64,000 nucleotides of DNA from a virus (taxonomy: Duplodnaviria > Caudoviricetes), in IMG/VR virus record IMGVR_UViG_3300036803_000075, positions 32,001-96,000 of that record; one strand, 5' to 3'. Below are positions 24,444 to 35,519 of this stretch, in pieces. Each line of letters begins with the position of its first letter. Position 1 is the stretch's first letter. Position numbers and translations under genes: made by a program. The notes under the pieces were generated by a model that did no database searches, was not told the origin of the DNA, and saw nothing but the letters and a program-made list of their open reading frames with translations.

Positions 24444-27400
24444 CTAAACCACGATACTGTCGGTGAGATAAACGGTGGAGGTCGTCGGCACCACGAAGGC
24501 CCCCGACAGGTAGAACGGTTTCGTCGGTGGAAGGGCCTCCACCTCGCGCAGGATGCCCTGAGCCAGCCACTGCCGGTACGCGAACCACCAGCTCTGCGGA
24601 ATGGGCTTGTGCCAGGCCTTGAAGCGGGGATCCTGCTCGACCGGATTGAGCTGGTCCTGCGGTGTGACGTTGGGTCCCTGCGGCTGAATGGTCTCGGAGT
24701 GCGGAATGCCCCGGGTCAATGAGTCGTACCAGGGCCTGATAGTGATCGAGGAGACCGCCAGGCCCGGCCGGAATCCCTTCACCCGCCACATCAATGACCG
24801 GCCCACATCCGGGTTGGTGCTCGTAGACGTGGGAAAGATCAGCACGCCGTTGGGATCGTTCCGGATGTCAAAGGCCGGCCACCAGGAAGCGCCCGCGTCA
24901 TTGGAGAACTCCCACCGGATAGGGTCCTCGAAGACCGCGATGTTGTCTACGTACCAGGTGTCCAACGAGGATCCCCGCTGGAGCAGCCGAGCGTAAACCG
25001 CACCCACATCGGTATTGGCCACATTGTCGATCTGGTCCCAGGTTCCGGCCGCCTCCATCGCGGTCCAGGTCGGATATGTGGTTTCGATCTGATCCCAGGT
25101 GAACTCGACGACATCCGGAGGCAGCTCGCCGTACGTGTACCCGACGAACCATTCCGAGATCTGACCTGGCTGCGCTTCCACTTCCTGCTCGGCCAGCACC
25201 TGCCCGCCCGCGTCCACCACCTGAACGAACAGCGGCTGAGTGAGGGCCTTGGGAGTGAATACCCGCGCGGCCACATACAGCCGGCCGGACTGCGATCCGG
25301 TGACGCCCTGATTGCTGGCGATGCCTCCTTCGGGCAGGCTCTGATTCCCCTGGCTCTCCAGGTCATCCCAGACCGGCTTGTAGGGGCTCGGGTCGTCCGC
25401 CTCGATGTCATCCCAGGATGCGTACCGCAGCTCCAGGTTCGCCCAGAAGTTCTCCGAGACACCACGGGTGATCTGAACCGTAGAGCCGATATCCGTGGTG
25501 AAGTCAGTGCTGGACGTAATGGAGGCGTCACCGTAGGGCACCCACCGTGACAACGTCTGATCCACGAAGTCCGGGTCGGTGAGCAGCTGCACAGCCTCGG
25601 ACTGCGTGGTGGCGAACTGAATTCCACGTACCCGCCGCAGAGATCGAAAGATCTGACTCTGCATGGCCGCTATATCCAGCTCCAGATACGGCGGCGTGGT
25701 CAGCCCACCCGGAGCAAAGTCCCAGACGATGCCATTGCTAGCCGCCGCCGCCGCCTGGTCCAGATGAGAGTTGTCGTGGAATACCTCGAGGTACTGATCC
25801 GTGTCATCGTCAGTGAGGTAATCCACCCGGTACATCGCCAGACCCTTGAGCCCGGCGAAGTAGCCGACCTTGTTGGTGTTGGTGACCTCGACCGTCTCGT
25901 AGTAATGCTTCCCTGTCTGGGAAAACCCAGGCGTCCAGGTCGTGGGCTGCCAGGTCTGGAAGTTGAGCAGATTGCTCTGCTGGGAGATTGTCGCGGCCAC
26001 CGACGGGTTCGGTGCGTAGAGCGCCTGCGTGGGAGTATAGGTGGGATATTTATTTCCCGACAGGTCCGTGCTCAGGCGGGTGCTGTCCGCATAGGCGATA
26101 GTGGTGGCCGCATCCTTGTTGACCGTGACTCCGGAACCGCCAGTGTTGTTGCTGTAACTGGTCGTGCGCGGAACGGCGTTACTCATCACCTCTGAGGTGA
26201 ATGTCCGCACGGTCCTGCTGATCGGCCGGGTACTGGTGTAGGGCTGCGGGTTCAAGTCGGTGAATTCGAACTTGAAGAACCGAGCCTTGACCGCGTCGAA
26301 GGCCATGATTCCCTTGTTGGCCTTGAAGTCCCGGTTGATCGGATGCCAGACCAGGTCTTCGTACTGCAGGCCGGGACCGCCGAGCATCCCGTAGGGATTG
26401 ACGCTGCTCTCACCCTGTGTTTGGAAGCTCGGGTCATACCTCAACAGGGAGTTCATGGTCGTGCCGGTGTCGTCGCCCCAGTAGGTCGCCTTGGTGACAT
26501 AGCCGGTGGGATCTGACACGTAGAGGTCCAGCTCGCCGTCCGGCAGCATGCTCTGCTTGATCACCAGACCTTTGAGCCGGTAATTGCCAGGAGCTGGCGT
26601 GACGTTGTCCGGAGACAGCGACGCGCCCAGCCGGATGGTCGAGGGCGGGGTGAGGTCTCCGGTGACGTTGGTGGAGATCTCCTGGCCGGCCGCCTGCATG
26701 ATCAGCTGGCCATTCTGATACCCGAGCAGAATGGGAATCTGATCATTAAAAATGAAGCTCAAGGGCAGCGAGAGCACCGCCGCGCCCAGCCGGGCGTACA
26801 GAAGCCCTTGCGTTACCCAGATCGATACTGAGCTGGAGTCCATCACCACATAGGTGGTGGCATCGCTCATCTCATACTGGGGCTGGAAAATCATCGCCAA
26901 CCACCAGGGCTGGCGGGTATCCCACTGGATCCTGGAGTTGTCCAGCTGGACGAACCCGACCGGAAGTGGGAACAGCAGCCCCTGGCTGTTCTGGGTCAGC
27001 GCGACACCCTGCCCCCGGCTGGCCGGAAAGGCGAGGACATCATCTGAAGCCTCGAAGGTACTCGGATCCGGAGTGTCATCGGACCAGTACAGGTTCAGGT
27101 GCGTCCCCGAGTAGAGCGGGTCGATCTCAAAGCGATCAATGACCTGAGCCGCGCCCGAGGAGTCCCGCGCGTCCACATAGAAGTTGACCACCGCGTAATT
27201 GACCGGCTGGGCCTCCGACCTCCAGACGTACCCATTCAGGAGGTCCATGGCCCGGTTCTTCCGGATGGCGAACTCTACCGATGACCCCAGGATGTCAGTG
27301 CTGGAAGCGAAGGTCCCGTTCTCGGTAACGATGTTGCCGTCCCGAGGCGTACGCGGGACATCGGTCAGGACATCAGCTCGATACCCGCACAGGAATCCCC

Positions 27401-27998
27401 GGACCCCCAGCGAGTACTGAAAGGCCACCCCAGTGGAGTCGCGGGGGAACTTGTCCGACCGGACTCGCTGAAGGCACAATCGGATCTGGCTGGTGGTGAC
27501 CGCTTGGCAGCGCACCTCAAAGGCCAGCCAGTGTCCGGCGCCGTAATGCTGGGGGTGCTCTCCAGGCTTGAGGTCATTTGCTGGCAGCAAAGTACTGGGC
27601 ATCGAGTCGGTGATCCAGATCAGACTCGGATGCGTCGCTGGATTCCGGGTAGTGGAGTCCGACAGGTACTCCATGCATGGCTTCCACGACTTCGTCTTGG
27701 AGTCCCACCATTCCGTCCACACACGGTGGGGAAAGTGAGCCAGCTCGAAGGCGATGATGTTGATCGGCTTAGGGGTCGACAGGTTCACCTGGAAGATCTC
27801 CAGGGTGCCGTCCTCCTGCCAGCGCCGGCTGGAGGCCCAGAAGCGAAAGTCGCTGGAGGCCCGCTGGTCGATCGGAGTCTCATTGACTCGAATGGCATCA
27901 GCCAGAATCTCCACCGGCATGCCATCGACGTAAACCGGCGCGACCGCACTCTGGGTCCAGGACCCGGGAGGCTGGAAGGTCGAAGAGGGAGTCGTCAC
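24444..27998 (-). CDS. Large baseplate/minor tail protein
   Basis: 1184 aa, beta-rich, downstream of the baseplate wedge genes. Confidence 0.65.
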   Translation of the reverse strand: MTTPSSTFQPPGSWTQSAVAPVYVDGMPVEILADAIRVNETPIDQRASSDFRFWASSRRWQEDGTLEIFQVNLSTPKPINIIAFELAHFPHRVWTEWWDSKTKSWKPCMEYLSDSTTRNPATHPSLIWITDSMPSTLLPANDLKPGEHPQHYGAGHWLAFEVRCQAVTTSQIRLCLQRVRSDKFPRDSTGVAFQYSLGVRGFLCGYRADVLTDVPRTPRDGNIVTENGTFASSTDILGSSVEFAIRKNRAMDLLNGYVWRSEAQPVNYAVVNFYVDARDSSGAAQVIDRFEIDPLYSGTHLNLYWSDDTPDPSTFEASDDVLAFPASRGQGVALTQNSQGLLFPLPVGFVQLDNSRIQWDTRQPWWLAMIFQPQYEMSDATTYVVMDSSSVSIWVTQGLLYARLGAAVLSLPLSFIFNDQIPILLGYQNGQLIMQAAGQEISTNVTGDLTPPSTIRLGASLSPDNVTPAPGNYRLKGLVIKQSMLPDGELDLYVSDPTGYVTKATYWGDDTGTTMNSLLRYDPSFQTQGESSVNPYGMLGGPGLQYEDLVWHPINRDFKANKGIMAFDAVKARFFKFEFTDLNPQPYTSTRPISRTVRTFTSEVMSNAVPRTTSYSNNTGGSGVTVNKDAATTIAYADSTRLSTDLSGNKYPTYTPTQALYAPNPSVAATISQQSNLLNFQTWQPTTWTPGFSQTGKHYYETVEVTNTNKVGYFAGLKGLAMYRVDYLTDDDTDQYLEVFHDNSHLDQAAAAASNGIVWDFAPGGLTTPPYLELDIAAMQSQIFRSLRRVRGIQFATTQSEAVQLLTDPDFVDQTLSRWVPYGDASITSSTDFTTDIGSTVQITRGVSENFWANLELRYASWDDIEADDPSPYKPVWDDLESQGNQSLPEGGIASNQGVTGSQSGRLYVAARVFTPKALTQPLFVQVVDAGGQVLAEQEVEAQPGQISEWFVGYTYGELPPDVVEFTWDQIETTYPTWTAMEAAGTWDQIDNVANTDVGAVYARLLQRGSSLDTWYVDNIAVFEDPIRWEFSNDAGASWWPAFDIRNDPNGVLIFPTSTSTNPDVGRSLMWRVKGFRPGLAVSSITIRPWYDSLTRGIPHSETIQPQGPNVTPQDQLNPVEQDPRFKAWHKPIPQSWWFAYRQWLAQGILREVEALPPTKPFYLSGAFVVPTTSTVYLTDSIVV

Positions 27999-29290
27999 GT
28001 AGCGCTCACCGCCGGCTGCCGATTACCGACGTATGGCGCCGCCACCAAAATGCCGTCCGAGGCGTAACGGACCGCAGCCGCCTGCTTGGCATCCATTACA
28101 CCTTTATCGGGGGTATAGACAGTCCGGGTGCCATTGGCCGCGACAGCGATGTCATTGGAGCTGGTCGCCTGCGGATACCAGACCCCCAAAGAGCCGTCCG
28201 CCGGCCAGTGAGCGTCACGTAGAGCCGATGCGGACCGTACTGAGGTGATGTTCTGGTTGTAGGTCCAGGACGTGCCCTGGGAGCCACTCAGAGGCGGCGT
28301 GGGGGTCGCCTGGCCTGAGACTCCGGTGTAGGGAGACCCGGTCAGCCCCGGCGCCGGCTTGATCTTGGTGACGACCTCCCAGTACTCCGAGTCAGCCTCT
28401 ACCGAAGCGATGGGCACCGCCACATGCATCGGTACGCCGTCAGAGTTGACTGTCAGCAAGGCGCCGGCAGGCTTGAGCACCGAAAGCACCCGAACGACAG
28501 CGATCTCATCCTCTACCCGCAAAGCCTGCTCGTCCGTGCCGTACGTCTTCTTCGGCCGGATGATCACCTCGCCTCGGGTATCCGAGCCCGACCGGCCGTA
28601 CTGAACCGCGCCCTCAATGGACTGCCAGGTGGAATTCTCCATCGGGTCCCAGGTGGCGAAGGTCGCCTCCATGTCATCCCAGGTACGCCCAGCACCCGGT
28701 GAGGCGCCCGTGGAGTCCAGCAGCGCCCAGGTCTCATAGATCTCACAGGGCACACCGGTCAGAGCCTCAGCGGCTGCCCTGAGGCCGGGGATGGTGGCAC
28801 CCAGCGTGATGGCCTTGGCCAGCGCTATGAGTCGCTCGCGGTAACGGGCATCTGAGGCCGCCACCGCGTCCCAGCTGTCCGGCGTGGCCAGATCCGTCAG
28901 AGGGTCGACATCGAGAGTCTCATCCGACCGACGCTGAGCGCCGAACAGTGCTCCATAGAACCGGTCCAGGTCATAAAAATGAGTGCCGGACAGAATCGAT
29001 TGGAACTGGCTCTGCATGTACCGCTTGCGAAGCTGGCCGACCCCAGAATCTCCGGAGAGTGCTTTGATAAACCGCACCAGGTGACTGGTCGGTCGCAGGT
29101 CGTACAGCTCGTCCGGCATGTGCCGCAGTCGGTACTGCAGCGACGTGTCCGGCAGGATCATGCCCGTCGCGGTGGACAGCCCAGATACGTTCGGACTGGA
29201 CGTAGAGGTCTGCTGCGGCAGGATGCCGGTGGTGTTCTTGTCGCTCGTATCAAAAATTGACTGGCTCTGGTGCACTACATCGACTGCCAT
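27995..29290 (-). CDS. Baseplate wedge protein
   Basis: Follows baseplate J; DLDRFYG..F...R...SDARYRERL...GAT..G pattern. Confidence 0.7.
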   Translation of the reverse strand: MAVDVVHQSQSIFDTSDKNTTGILPQQTSTSSPNVSGLSTATGMILPDTSLQYRLRHMPDELYDLRPTSHLVRFIKALSGDSGVGQLRKRYMQSQFQSILSGTHFYDLDRFYGALFGAQRRSDETLDVDPLTDLATPDSWDAVAASDARYRERLIALAKAITLGATIPGLRAAAEALTGVPCEIYETWALLDSTGASPGAGRTWDDMEATFATWDPMENSTWQSIEGAVQYGRSGSDTRGEVIIRPKKTYGTDEQALRVEDEIAVVRVLSVLKPAGALLTVNSDGVPMHVAVPIASVEADSEYWEVVTKIKPAPGLTGSPYTGVSGQATPTPPLSGSQGTSWTYNQNITSVRSASALRDAHWPADGSLGVWYPQATSSNDIAVAANGTRTVYTPDKGVMDAKQAAAVRYASDGILVAAPYVGNRQPAVSAT

Positions 29291-29301
29291 TTCTCCACCT
29301 C

Positions 29302-31137
29302 CTAGTTGTTGAACGTATTCTGGGCCTTGGCTACCTTGACCGCGCTGTTGAAGATCGGTAGCTCGTTATCACCGAACAGCACGTCCTTGGCGTACCCGCC
29401 CGGTGAGTCCACATAGGAGTTGACGACCGCGCCGGCCACCACCTGCTGAATGCCCACGGCGTACGCGTTGGGAGTAGCCGGGTTGTAACCGCTGTAGTCC
29501 GAGCCATGGAGGAACCGCACCGCGTCCACTCCGGACACGTTGTGGACGGCCTGAATCACATCGGACACCTGGACTACCGAGTCGAATCCGACCTTGGACA
29601 GGTAGGACGCCAGGGCGTCGTCGATACTGGCGTTGACGACCGTCTGGCTGGCCGAGCGATCATAAATAATCGCGAAGGAGAAGCGGAGACCGAAGGCCTT
29701 GGCCTGATGTGCTTTCGCATCGACTCCAGCCAGCCGCCATTTGTCGATGGAGTCCTGGATCGAGGCGATGAGCTGGTTGTAGGTGTAATCCTCACTGAGC
29801 GCGAAGACCGAGTTGTTCGGCGGCAGGTAGCCGCTCGCCACCGACCATTCGACGCCGAAGAGACCATCGGCTGTATAGCCGGTCGCACTGTCGTCATGAA
29901 CGATCTGATACGCGTACTTGGTCGAGCCGACCGTGGTGCCCATAGGGTTGGCTGCTGTAGCCAGGGCATAGGTGACACCACCGATGACGATCGTGGCCGG
30001 AATCGTAATGATGGGACCAAAAGCCAACGGCACGAAGACATTCCCGGAGACCGGATGAGTGCCATCCGGACGTACGTACTTGCCGGTGTAGAACTTCGAG
30101 CTGGTGGAGTTGGTGAACACCACGCTGGTATTGAAGACCACCGACTGGCTAGCCTCTACCGCCCGAGCGCCACCAACCCATACGTCCACCCGGTTGGTGA
30201 TTCCGTTGAGGGGGTCATTACGGGAGGCCTGGGGGCTGTACTCGAAGTCCAGATCCACCAGGGTCCCGTTGGGCATCGCGGTGGCGTTCAGGACATTCAC
30301 CACGGGCGGGACCGAGGTCGTCCAGGACCAGTCGAAGTCCCGGAGGAAAACGACGCCGTTGTCAATGTCCGGCCCCACCGCGACCGGGGAGTCGTAAATA
30401 AAGACCGCGTCCTGCACCTGGCTGGTGGCCGCGCCGGAAGAGATCTGGATCTGCTCTCGGCGGCGCTTAGAGGCACCCAGGACGACCGCAGACGTGCAGT
30501 CGGGGTCATCCAGCGCGACTCCGGTGTACATCTGCTCAGTGCCCGCCATAGAGCGAAAGACGGTCCTTTTAAACCGGTCCCTCAGCTCGGTGTCAGTCTC
30601 CTGGCCGACGCCACCGGTAATCGGGTCGATATTGGTGACAGTCCCAATGCCCTCGATGGGGGTGGCGATAACCGTCAAGGTGTTCGCGGCCAGATTGCTG
30701 TTCGGGCCGGCGTCAATGGCCTGTACGGGCACCGTGACCGAGGTAATGCCCGGCAGCATGATGGCCGGAGTGACCGTCTGTACCGACACGGCCGGATCCA
30801 CATCGGTCGTGCGGACCTCGGTGTTCACCGGCACCAGCGCGGTGGTGGTCAGCGAGGCGCCCATCGTACGAGTGAAGACGACCGTACCGGTGGCCCGCTT
30901 GGCAGCCAGTCGGGCGAGCCCGAAGAGTTGGCAAAAGCTGTCCAGATCCGCGTCGGACTTGGAATCGACATCGTACTGATACGTCAGCAGATGCTGTTCG
31001 TAATAGGCCTCGGAGATCTGTTCGGCTACCGCGTCGATGATCTTGCGAGTGGGCGAGCCGATCGAGGTGTCCAGCTCTGGGTCAGTGATAGCCAGCTCGG
31101 AGCGAATCCGAGAGGCGACAACATCAGCTGAGATCAC
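29302..31137 (-). CDS. Baseplate J-like protein
   Basis: LD..C.LFGL.R.AA.RATG.V.F, VTN..PITGG...ETD.ELR.RF, V.NV.GVD motifs. Confidence 0.88.
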   Translation of the reverse strand: MISADVVASRIRSELAITDPELDTSIGSPTRKIIDAVAEQISEAYYEQHLLTYQYDVDSKSDADLDSFCQLFGLARLAAKRATGTVVFTRTMGASLTTTALVPVNTEVRTTDVDPAVSVQTVTPAIMLPGITSVTVPVQAIDAGPNSNLAANTLTVIATPIEGIGTVTNIDPITGGVGQETDTELRDRFKRTVFRSMAGTEQMYTGVALDDPDCTSAVVLGASKRRREQIQISSGAATSQVQDAVFIYDSPVAVGPDIDNGVVFLRDFDWSWTTSVPPVVNVLNATAMPNGTLVDLDFEYSPQASRNDPLNGITNRVDVWVGGARAVEASQSVVFNTSVVFTNSTSSKFYTGKYVRPDGTHPVSGNVFVPLAFGPIITIPATIVIGGVTYALATAANPMGTTVGSTKYAYQIVHDDSATGYTADGLFGVEWSVASGYLPPNNSVFALSEDYTYNQLIASIQDSIDKWRLAGVDAKAHQAKAFGLRFSFAIIYDRSASQTVVNASIDDALASYLSKVGFDSVVQVSDVIQAVHNVSGVDAVRFLHGSDYSGYNPATPNAYAVGIQQVVAGAVVNSYVDSPGGYAKDVLFGDNELPIFNSAVKVAKAQNTFNN

Positions 31138-31138
31138 G

Positions 31139-31567
31139 TCAGACCGCCACGGTGCGCGAGAGGGTAACGGTCTGATTCGCCTGGGTAGTCAAGCTCACCT
31201 TGACGTAGATGGTATCCACTCCCAGAGTGGCATCTACACCGTTGACCTGCTTCACCACGTCGGTCGTGTCATACCGGCTCATGCTGGAGGACAGTGCGTC
31301 CTTCTGGATCTCAGCGGCCTGGCCGTCTACATAGGCCTGGATCACCCGTGCGGCTTCAGAGATCACCAAGGACTGCAGCTCCGGCCCCACCTGTTCGCCG
31401 ATGTAGTTGGGAAGCAGCGATCCCCACTCAGGATGGAAGCGATCGTCGGAGTAAGGCTCTCCCAAGGCCAAGGCAAGATCCTGACGGATCTTCTTGGTAC
31501 CGGAGATCGTGGCGTGGCCAGCGGGCCCAACCACGAGGTCGCCGTTCTTTAGGGCCAGCGTTTTCAC
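31139..31567 (-). CDS. gp25-like baseplate wedge protein
   Basis: GDLV...ISG..KI.QDL..AL.EP...DRFHP.WGS.L. Confidence 0.8.
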   Translation of the reverse strand: MKTLALKNGDLVVGPAGHATISGTKKIRQDLALALGEPYSDDRFHPEWGSLLPNYIGEQVGPELQSLVISEAARVIQAYVDGQAAEIQKDALSSSMSRYDTTDVVKQVNGVDATLGVDTIYVKVSLTTQANQTVTLSRTVAV

Positions 31568-31614
31568 CGCACCTCCTCTACCTCTTCGATGCCCTCACGA
31601 ATGAGCGGACAGGT

Positions 31615-31968
31615 CTACGCCGTCGTACCGTCTAGAACGATGCCCTGGCTCACCAGGGCCGCCAGCAGGGACAATGTCACCGGGTCCGCAGCCGCTCGGG
31701 AGCCGGTCACCTCAGGAGGCGGTACGGCACTCAAGATCGCCTCAAAGGTCCAGCCGCCCATGATCGACTTGGCGATAATCCAGTGCTCACCTTCTCGCGG
31801 CCAGCTGGCCAGGTTGCGCCGGACGCTCATCGGAACCTGGGTCTCCTGGTTGAACTCATCTCGGCACAGCGCGATGCCAGTAGTCGGGTTCACCTGTTCG
31901 ACCTTGACCTGCTTGGAGAAGATCCCCACCGAGGCGGTGCTGGCCCCTACAACTTGCACAGATCCCAT
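31615..31968 (-). CDS. Putative baseplate spike/hub-associated protein
   Basis: Position between the hub and gp25; OB-like P..GE.W motif. Confidence 0.5.
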   Translation of the reverse strand: MGSVQVVGASTASVGIFSKQVKVEQVNPTTGIALCRDEFNQETQVPMSVRRNLASWPREGEHWIIAKSIMGGWTFEAILSAVPPPEVTGSRAAADPVTLSLLAALVSQGIVLDGTTA

Positions 31969-31974
31969 GGCCTC

Positions 31975-34668
31975 TTACCCCTTTGTCTTCGACGGCTCAG
32001 TGGTCGACTGGATGACCTTGGCGATATCCACCACGTAATCCGCCGTCGAATCTCCCGTCACGGTCGGTGCGTAGCCACCTGCCATCGGCAGGCCGATCAG
32101 CACGTTGTTCTTGTCCGTCTTGGACTTGGGCAGCCGGGCGGGAGCCGCGATGTTCGCCGACGTAGTGAAGCTTCCGCCATCTCCGAAGCGGAAGTTGTGC
32201 GTCACGGTGGTGACGTACGCCTGGAAGTCAAAATCGGGGATCTGGATGAGCATCCCCGGAAACAGCTCCGGCATAAACGTCATGGGGACGTTTGCGTTGT
32301 ACTGGTAGGCCCAGTTCTGCATGAACTTGTAGAGCGCATAGAAAAATCCCGCTCGTAGCCCCTGCAGATGATTGGCCTGGTCCAGATTGGGCCGAGCGCC
32401 GAAGCGCTTCAGGACCCAGTGGCTGAAGTTCGAGGCCGCCTGCGCGGTGGTGCTGACACCCAACAGCGCGTACAACACCGAGGGGATCTCCACTGTCACA
32501 ATGCCCATCGTGGTAGCCGCCGCCAGCGGAATGGAACTTCCTGTGACGTTTCCGGTAGCAAGATCTACCTGTGGAGGAGCCTGATCCGGGCCGGCCGTCG
32601 CGTACTGATGGGTGACCAGATAGTCGTCCGACCAGGTGACAGTGAAGTTCTGCAGCTCGACCGGCTCCAGCACCATCACGGCGGCCGTGCCCCAGAGCCC
32701 GTAATAGTCGGGGAACCAGGCGATCAGATCACCATTGGGAGCACTGCAGAACGAGCGCATGGTCGAGGTCAGCAGAGTTTTGAGATAGGGCAGCAAAGGC
32801 TGGTCATTCAGAAGAGCGCGAACACCACTGAGCGAGTTGGCCAGGATGGCGTCCGGATCCGAAGAGGAAGATGGAGTGGCAACCCAGGGCAGAGAACCGA
32901 ACAGGGAATCGAACCTGTCGTTGGGGTCGTACTGCGGCGACTGGTCGTAAGTCGACACCTGGTATCCCGGGTTGATCACACCCGCGCCGTTAGACAGACC
33001 GTCGATGGATCCACCAGTAATCGCTCCGGACGGGATGACGTTCGGCAGGATGCATGCCGCGTTCCAGTAGCTCTGTGAGGTGGTGGCATTTCCGTTACGG
33101 ATACCTGTGCCGTGCGACCCTGTGGTGGTCTTGTTATCTCCCACTGTCAGCTCGACGTGCTCTCCCAGAACGAACACACAAGCGCCTGGGATTTTATAAG
33201 CTTCGGCCACCGAGATCTTCTTGCCACCGTTGGCGATCGCCCAGTAGTACTGAGCCGTCGCTGTCCTGGGAATGTCCGACTTCCCCGTGGTGTGGTAGTA
33301 GCACCATTTGATGAACAGCGAGCAGTCCAGCGCTGTCGGGTTGTTCGTCTTGTAATCCTGGGCGGCCTGGCTGTAAGCGATATTAGGGTGTGCTGCCCAA
33401 AGTGCCTGACCGACCGCCAGCAGGTCTGCTGTGGTCTTGCCTTTGGGGGCTGTACCTGCGGCCGATGCAGCCGTAGCCGGACCGTTCACACGCTTGCCCG
33501 TCAGCGGGTCGATGTGAGTGGTCTGGGCAATGGACTGAGTAGACGCGGATGGTGCGCTGACCTGACTTTTGGACATGGCCGCCACTGCCGCCACTGCCAT
33601 TGGCCAGTACCTCGTATAGCGAGAGACCAGGTCCGACCGATACACCTGGATCTTGAGCGACATGGCGCCCGGATCGACCGTTTGCCTGGCAGCAGTGTTG
33701 GGGTACTTCCCTTTCATAGCCCGGAAGAAGATCCGAGCTGAGGTAAGCGGGTTCATCCGCTCAGCCAGTGAGCCCCAACCGGATCGCTGTTGGAAGATGC
33801 CCCGGGAGTCCGGGCCGGCCGCATCTCCAGAGCTGGTGTTGTGCAAGCTCGATTCCTGTCGAGCGGTCATAATGCCTACCGCGATGTCTCGGAGGGTCAT
33901 TCCCTCCATGACGCCGGCCTGATAGATCTGCTCACAGATCGTGCATTGATCACCCGAGATCGAATAGCCGCCGTACGTCCCAGCCGGCAGCCGAACGCTG
34001 GTACCCGACGCAGCGCCCCCTAGCGAGTCTGTGGAAGACCCCGCGACCTGACCGCCACCCCCGAGCTTGGTGTAGTACTGCGCGGCCAGCTGATTGGCTG
34101 TGGCAGCCAGGCCGTCCACCGAGGTGGCGATCTGGAAGGCGATGTCGAACCAGCTCTTGGGAATCTGGCTGATGTGCACTTTGGACTCCGGCCACCCGAC
34201 GACCTCACGCAGAATGGCCAGCACCACGTTGGTGATGTTGCCGTCGTCGGTAGCGGACTGGCCGGCATTGGGACCGGTCTGCACACGGGCGTTCAGAGCC
34301 TTCTGGATCAGGTTCTGGGTGTAGGTGACGTAGGAGTCCCAATACCAGTACTGAAGCCGTTTGAGAGCGCATGAGGCGGTAATGGGGACCGCCTGGGGCC
34401 ACGCTGTGGCCAGCGGTACCGAGTTGAGATACCCAGTGAAGGTTCGCAGCCAGGTCAGCCGCTTCATCACTACCGCGATGCGGTCGTTCGGAGCAAAGAC
34501 CCCGTCGTACTTCCGCCGAGTGTTCTGCAACGTGAAAGAGAACGAGGAGACCCCGTCCGAACGCAACTCCATGGACCCCTCGACGAGGTCATCGGATACG
34601 TCCAACGTCCCGTTGTTCTCGGTAGAGATATAAACCTTGATACCTGGTTGATACACAAACGTGCCCAA
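31975..34668 (-). CDS. Baseplate hub protein with lysozyme-like and NlpC/P60 peptidoglycan-hydrolase domains
   Basis: TARQESSL.N...DSRGIFQQR.GWG (lysozyme-like); ALDCSLFIKWCY...IPRTA..QY...GEHVEL (NlpC/P60); FMPELFPGM hub C-terminus. Confidence 0.8.
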   Translation of the reverse strand: MGTFVYQPGIKVYISTENNGTLDVSDDLVEGSMELRSDGVSSFSFTLQNTRRKYDGVFAPNDRIAVVMKRLTWLRTFTGYLNSVPLATAWPQAVPITASCALKRLQYWYWDSYVTYTQNLIQKALNARVQTGPNAGQSATDDGNITNVVLAILREVVGWPESKVHISQIPKSWFDIAFQIATSVDGLAATANQLAAQYYTKLGGGGQVAGSSTDSLGGAASGTSVRLPAGTYGGYSISGDQCTICEQIYQAGVMEGMTLRDIAVGIMTARQESSLHNTSSGDAAGPDSRGIFQQRSGWGSLAERMNPLTSARIFFRAMKGKYPNTAARQTVDPGAMSLKIQVYRSDLVSRYTRYWPMAVAAVAAMSKSQVSAPSASTQSIAQTTHIDPLTGKRVNGPATAASAAGTAPKGKTTADLLAVGQALWAAHPNIAYSQAAQDYKTNNPTALDCSLFIKWCYYHTTGKSDIPRTATAQYYWAIANGGKKISVAEAYKIPGACVFVLGEHVELTVGDNKTTTGSHGTGIRNGNATTSQSYWNAACILPNVIPSGAITGGSIDGLSNGAGVINPGYQVSTYDQSPQYDPNDRFDSLFGSLPWVATPSSSSDPDAILANSLSGVRALLNDQPLLPYLKTLLTSTMRSFCSAPNGDLIAWFPDYYGLWGTAAVMVLEPVELQNFTVTWSDDYLVTHQYATAGPDQAPPQVDLATGNVTGSSIPLAAATTMGIVTVEIPSVLYALLGVSTTAQAASNFSHWVLKRFGARPNLDQANHLQGLRAGFFYALYKFMQNWAYQYNANVPMTFMPELFPGMLIQIPDFDFQAYVTTVTHNFRFGDGGSFTTSANIAAPARLPKSKTDKNNVLIGLPMAGGYAPTVTGDSTADYVVDIAKVIQSTTEPSKTKG

Positions 34669-34672
34669 TGTC

Positions 34673-35284
34673 CTAATTCCCTCCGATAGGCGCGGTCACC
34701 GGAGAGGTGTCCGACGCGTACTGGACCGTCGTATAGCTGCCCGACGGAGGTGTGTCCTCACCAGAGAGTTGCGTACCGGACGGATAGAAGTACTGCACGT
34801 CCTTGGCCACGTCGGCCGATACGTTCAAGGTGAACTTGCTCGGGCTGTAAGCGTCTGGGTCTGCCGGATCCTGCAGAGAGACAAACATCAACATCTGCTG
34901 GAAGAGCATCGATCCCACATGATCTCCGAACTCGATGCCCTGAGTGACAATCCCCTTACGAGTGAAGTTTCGGCTCGGCACTGACACAGCCATAAAAATG
35001 TCTGCCGTAGTCGTCAGACCAGGATCCAGAATCCAGGCAGCGTATGTGGCCAACCACGAATTCAGATGGTTGTACTCCGCCGCACCCTTGGTGGCCACCA
35101 GCAACCCAAAAGGATTCGGAGCCAGCCGGTGCGGGTAGTAAGCCTTCCTCGTCCGGGCCTGGGATTCCTCGGCCAACATGGAAAAGCCATGAGAGACACC
35201 CAGTGCCCGAAGCCTGTAGCCGTACGTGTTGCCGTTACGACTAAAGGTGAGGGTGCAGTTGAGGCCCTGACGTGTCTCCGGCAT
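34673..35284 (-). CDS. Minor tail/baseplate protein
   Basis: Synteny in the tail module; coupled start. Confidence 0.6.
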   Translation of the reverse strand: MPETRQGLNCTLTFSRNGNTYGYRLRALGVSHGFSMLAEESQARTRKAYYPHRLAPNPFGLLVATKGAAEYNHLNSWLATYAAWILDPGLTTTADIFMAVSVPSRNFTRKGIVTQGIEFGDHVGSMLFQQMLMFVSLQDPADPDAYSPSKFTLNVSADVAKDVQYFYPSGTQLSGEDTPPSGSYTTVQYASDTSPVTAPIGGN

Positions 35285-35517
35285 CAGATGAATTCCCGCT
35301 CTGGATCGAGGTCCACGTCTCCCCAGATGACCTGGCTCATCGGCGGCTGCGGGGCAAATGTCGGCCGGGAGAGAGTTTCATGTTGGGCATCGGTGATGTC
35401 ATGGCCCAGCCCGTTCTCGGTGAAGGCGAAGCCAAACATCGGCACGCTCAGTACCGCCCCGCTCGGAGGCTGAGGCAGCGATACCCGTACGTCCGAGCCA
35501 TAGTAGACGCCGTCCAT
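35284..35517 (-). CDS. Small tail-module protein
   Basis: Coupled ORF in the tail module. Confidence 0.55.
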   Translation of the reverse strand: MDGVYYGSDVRVSLPQPPSGAVLSVPMFGFAFTENGLGHDITDAQHETLSRPTFAPQPPMSQVIWGDVDLDPEREFI

Positions 35518-35519
35518 GG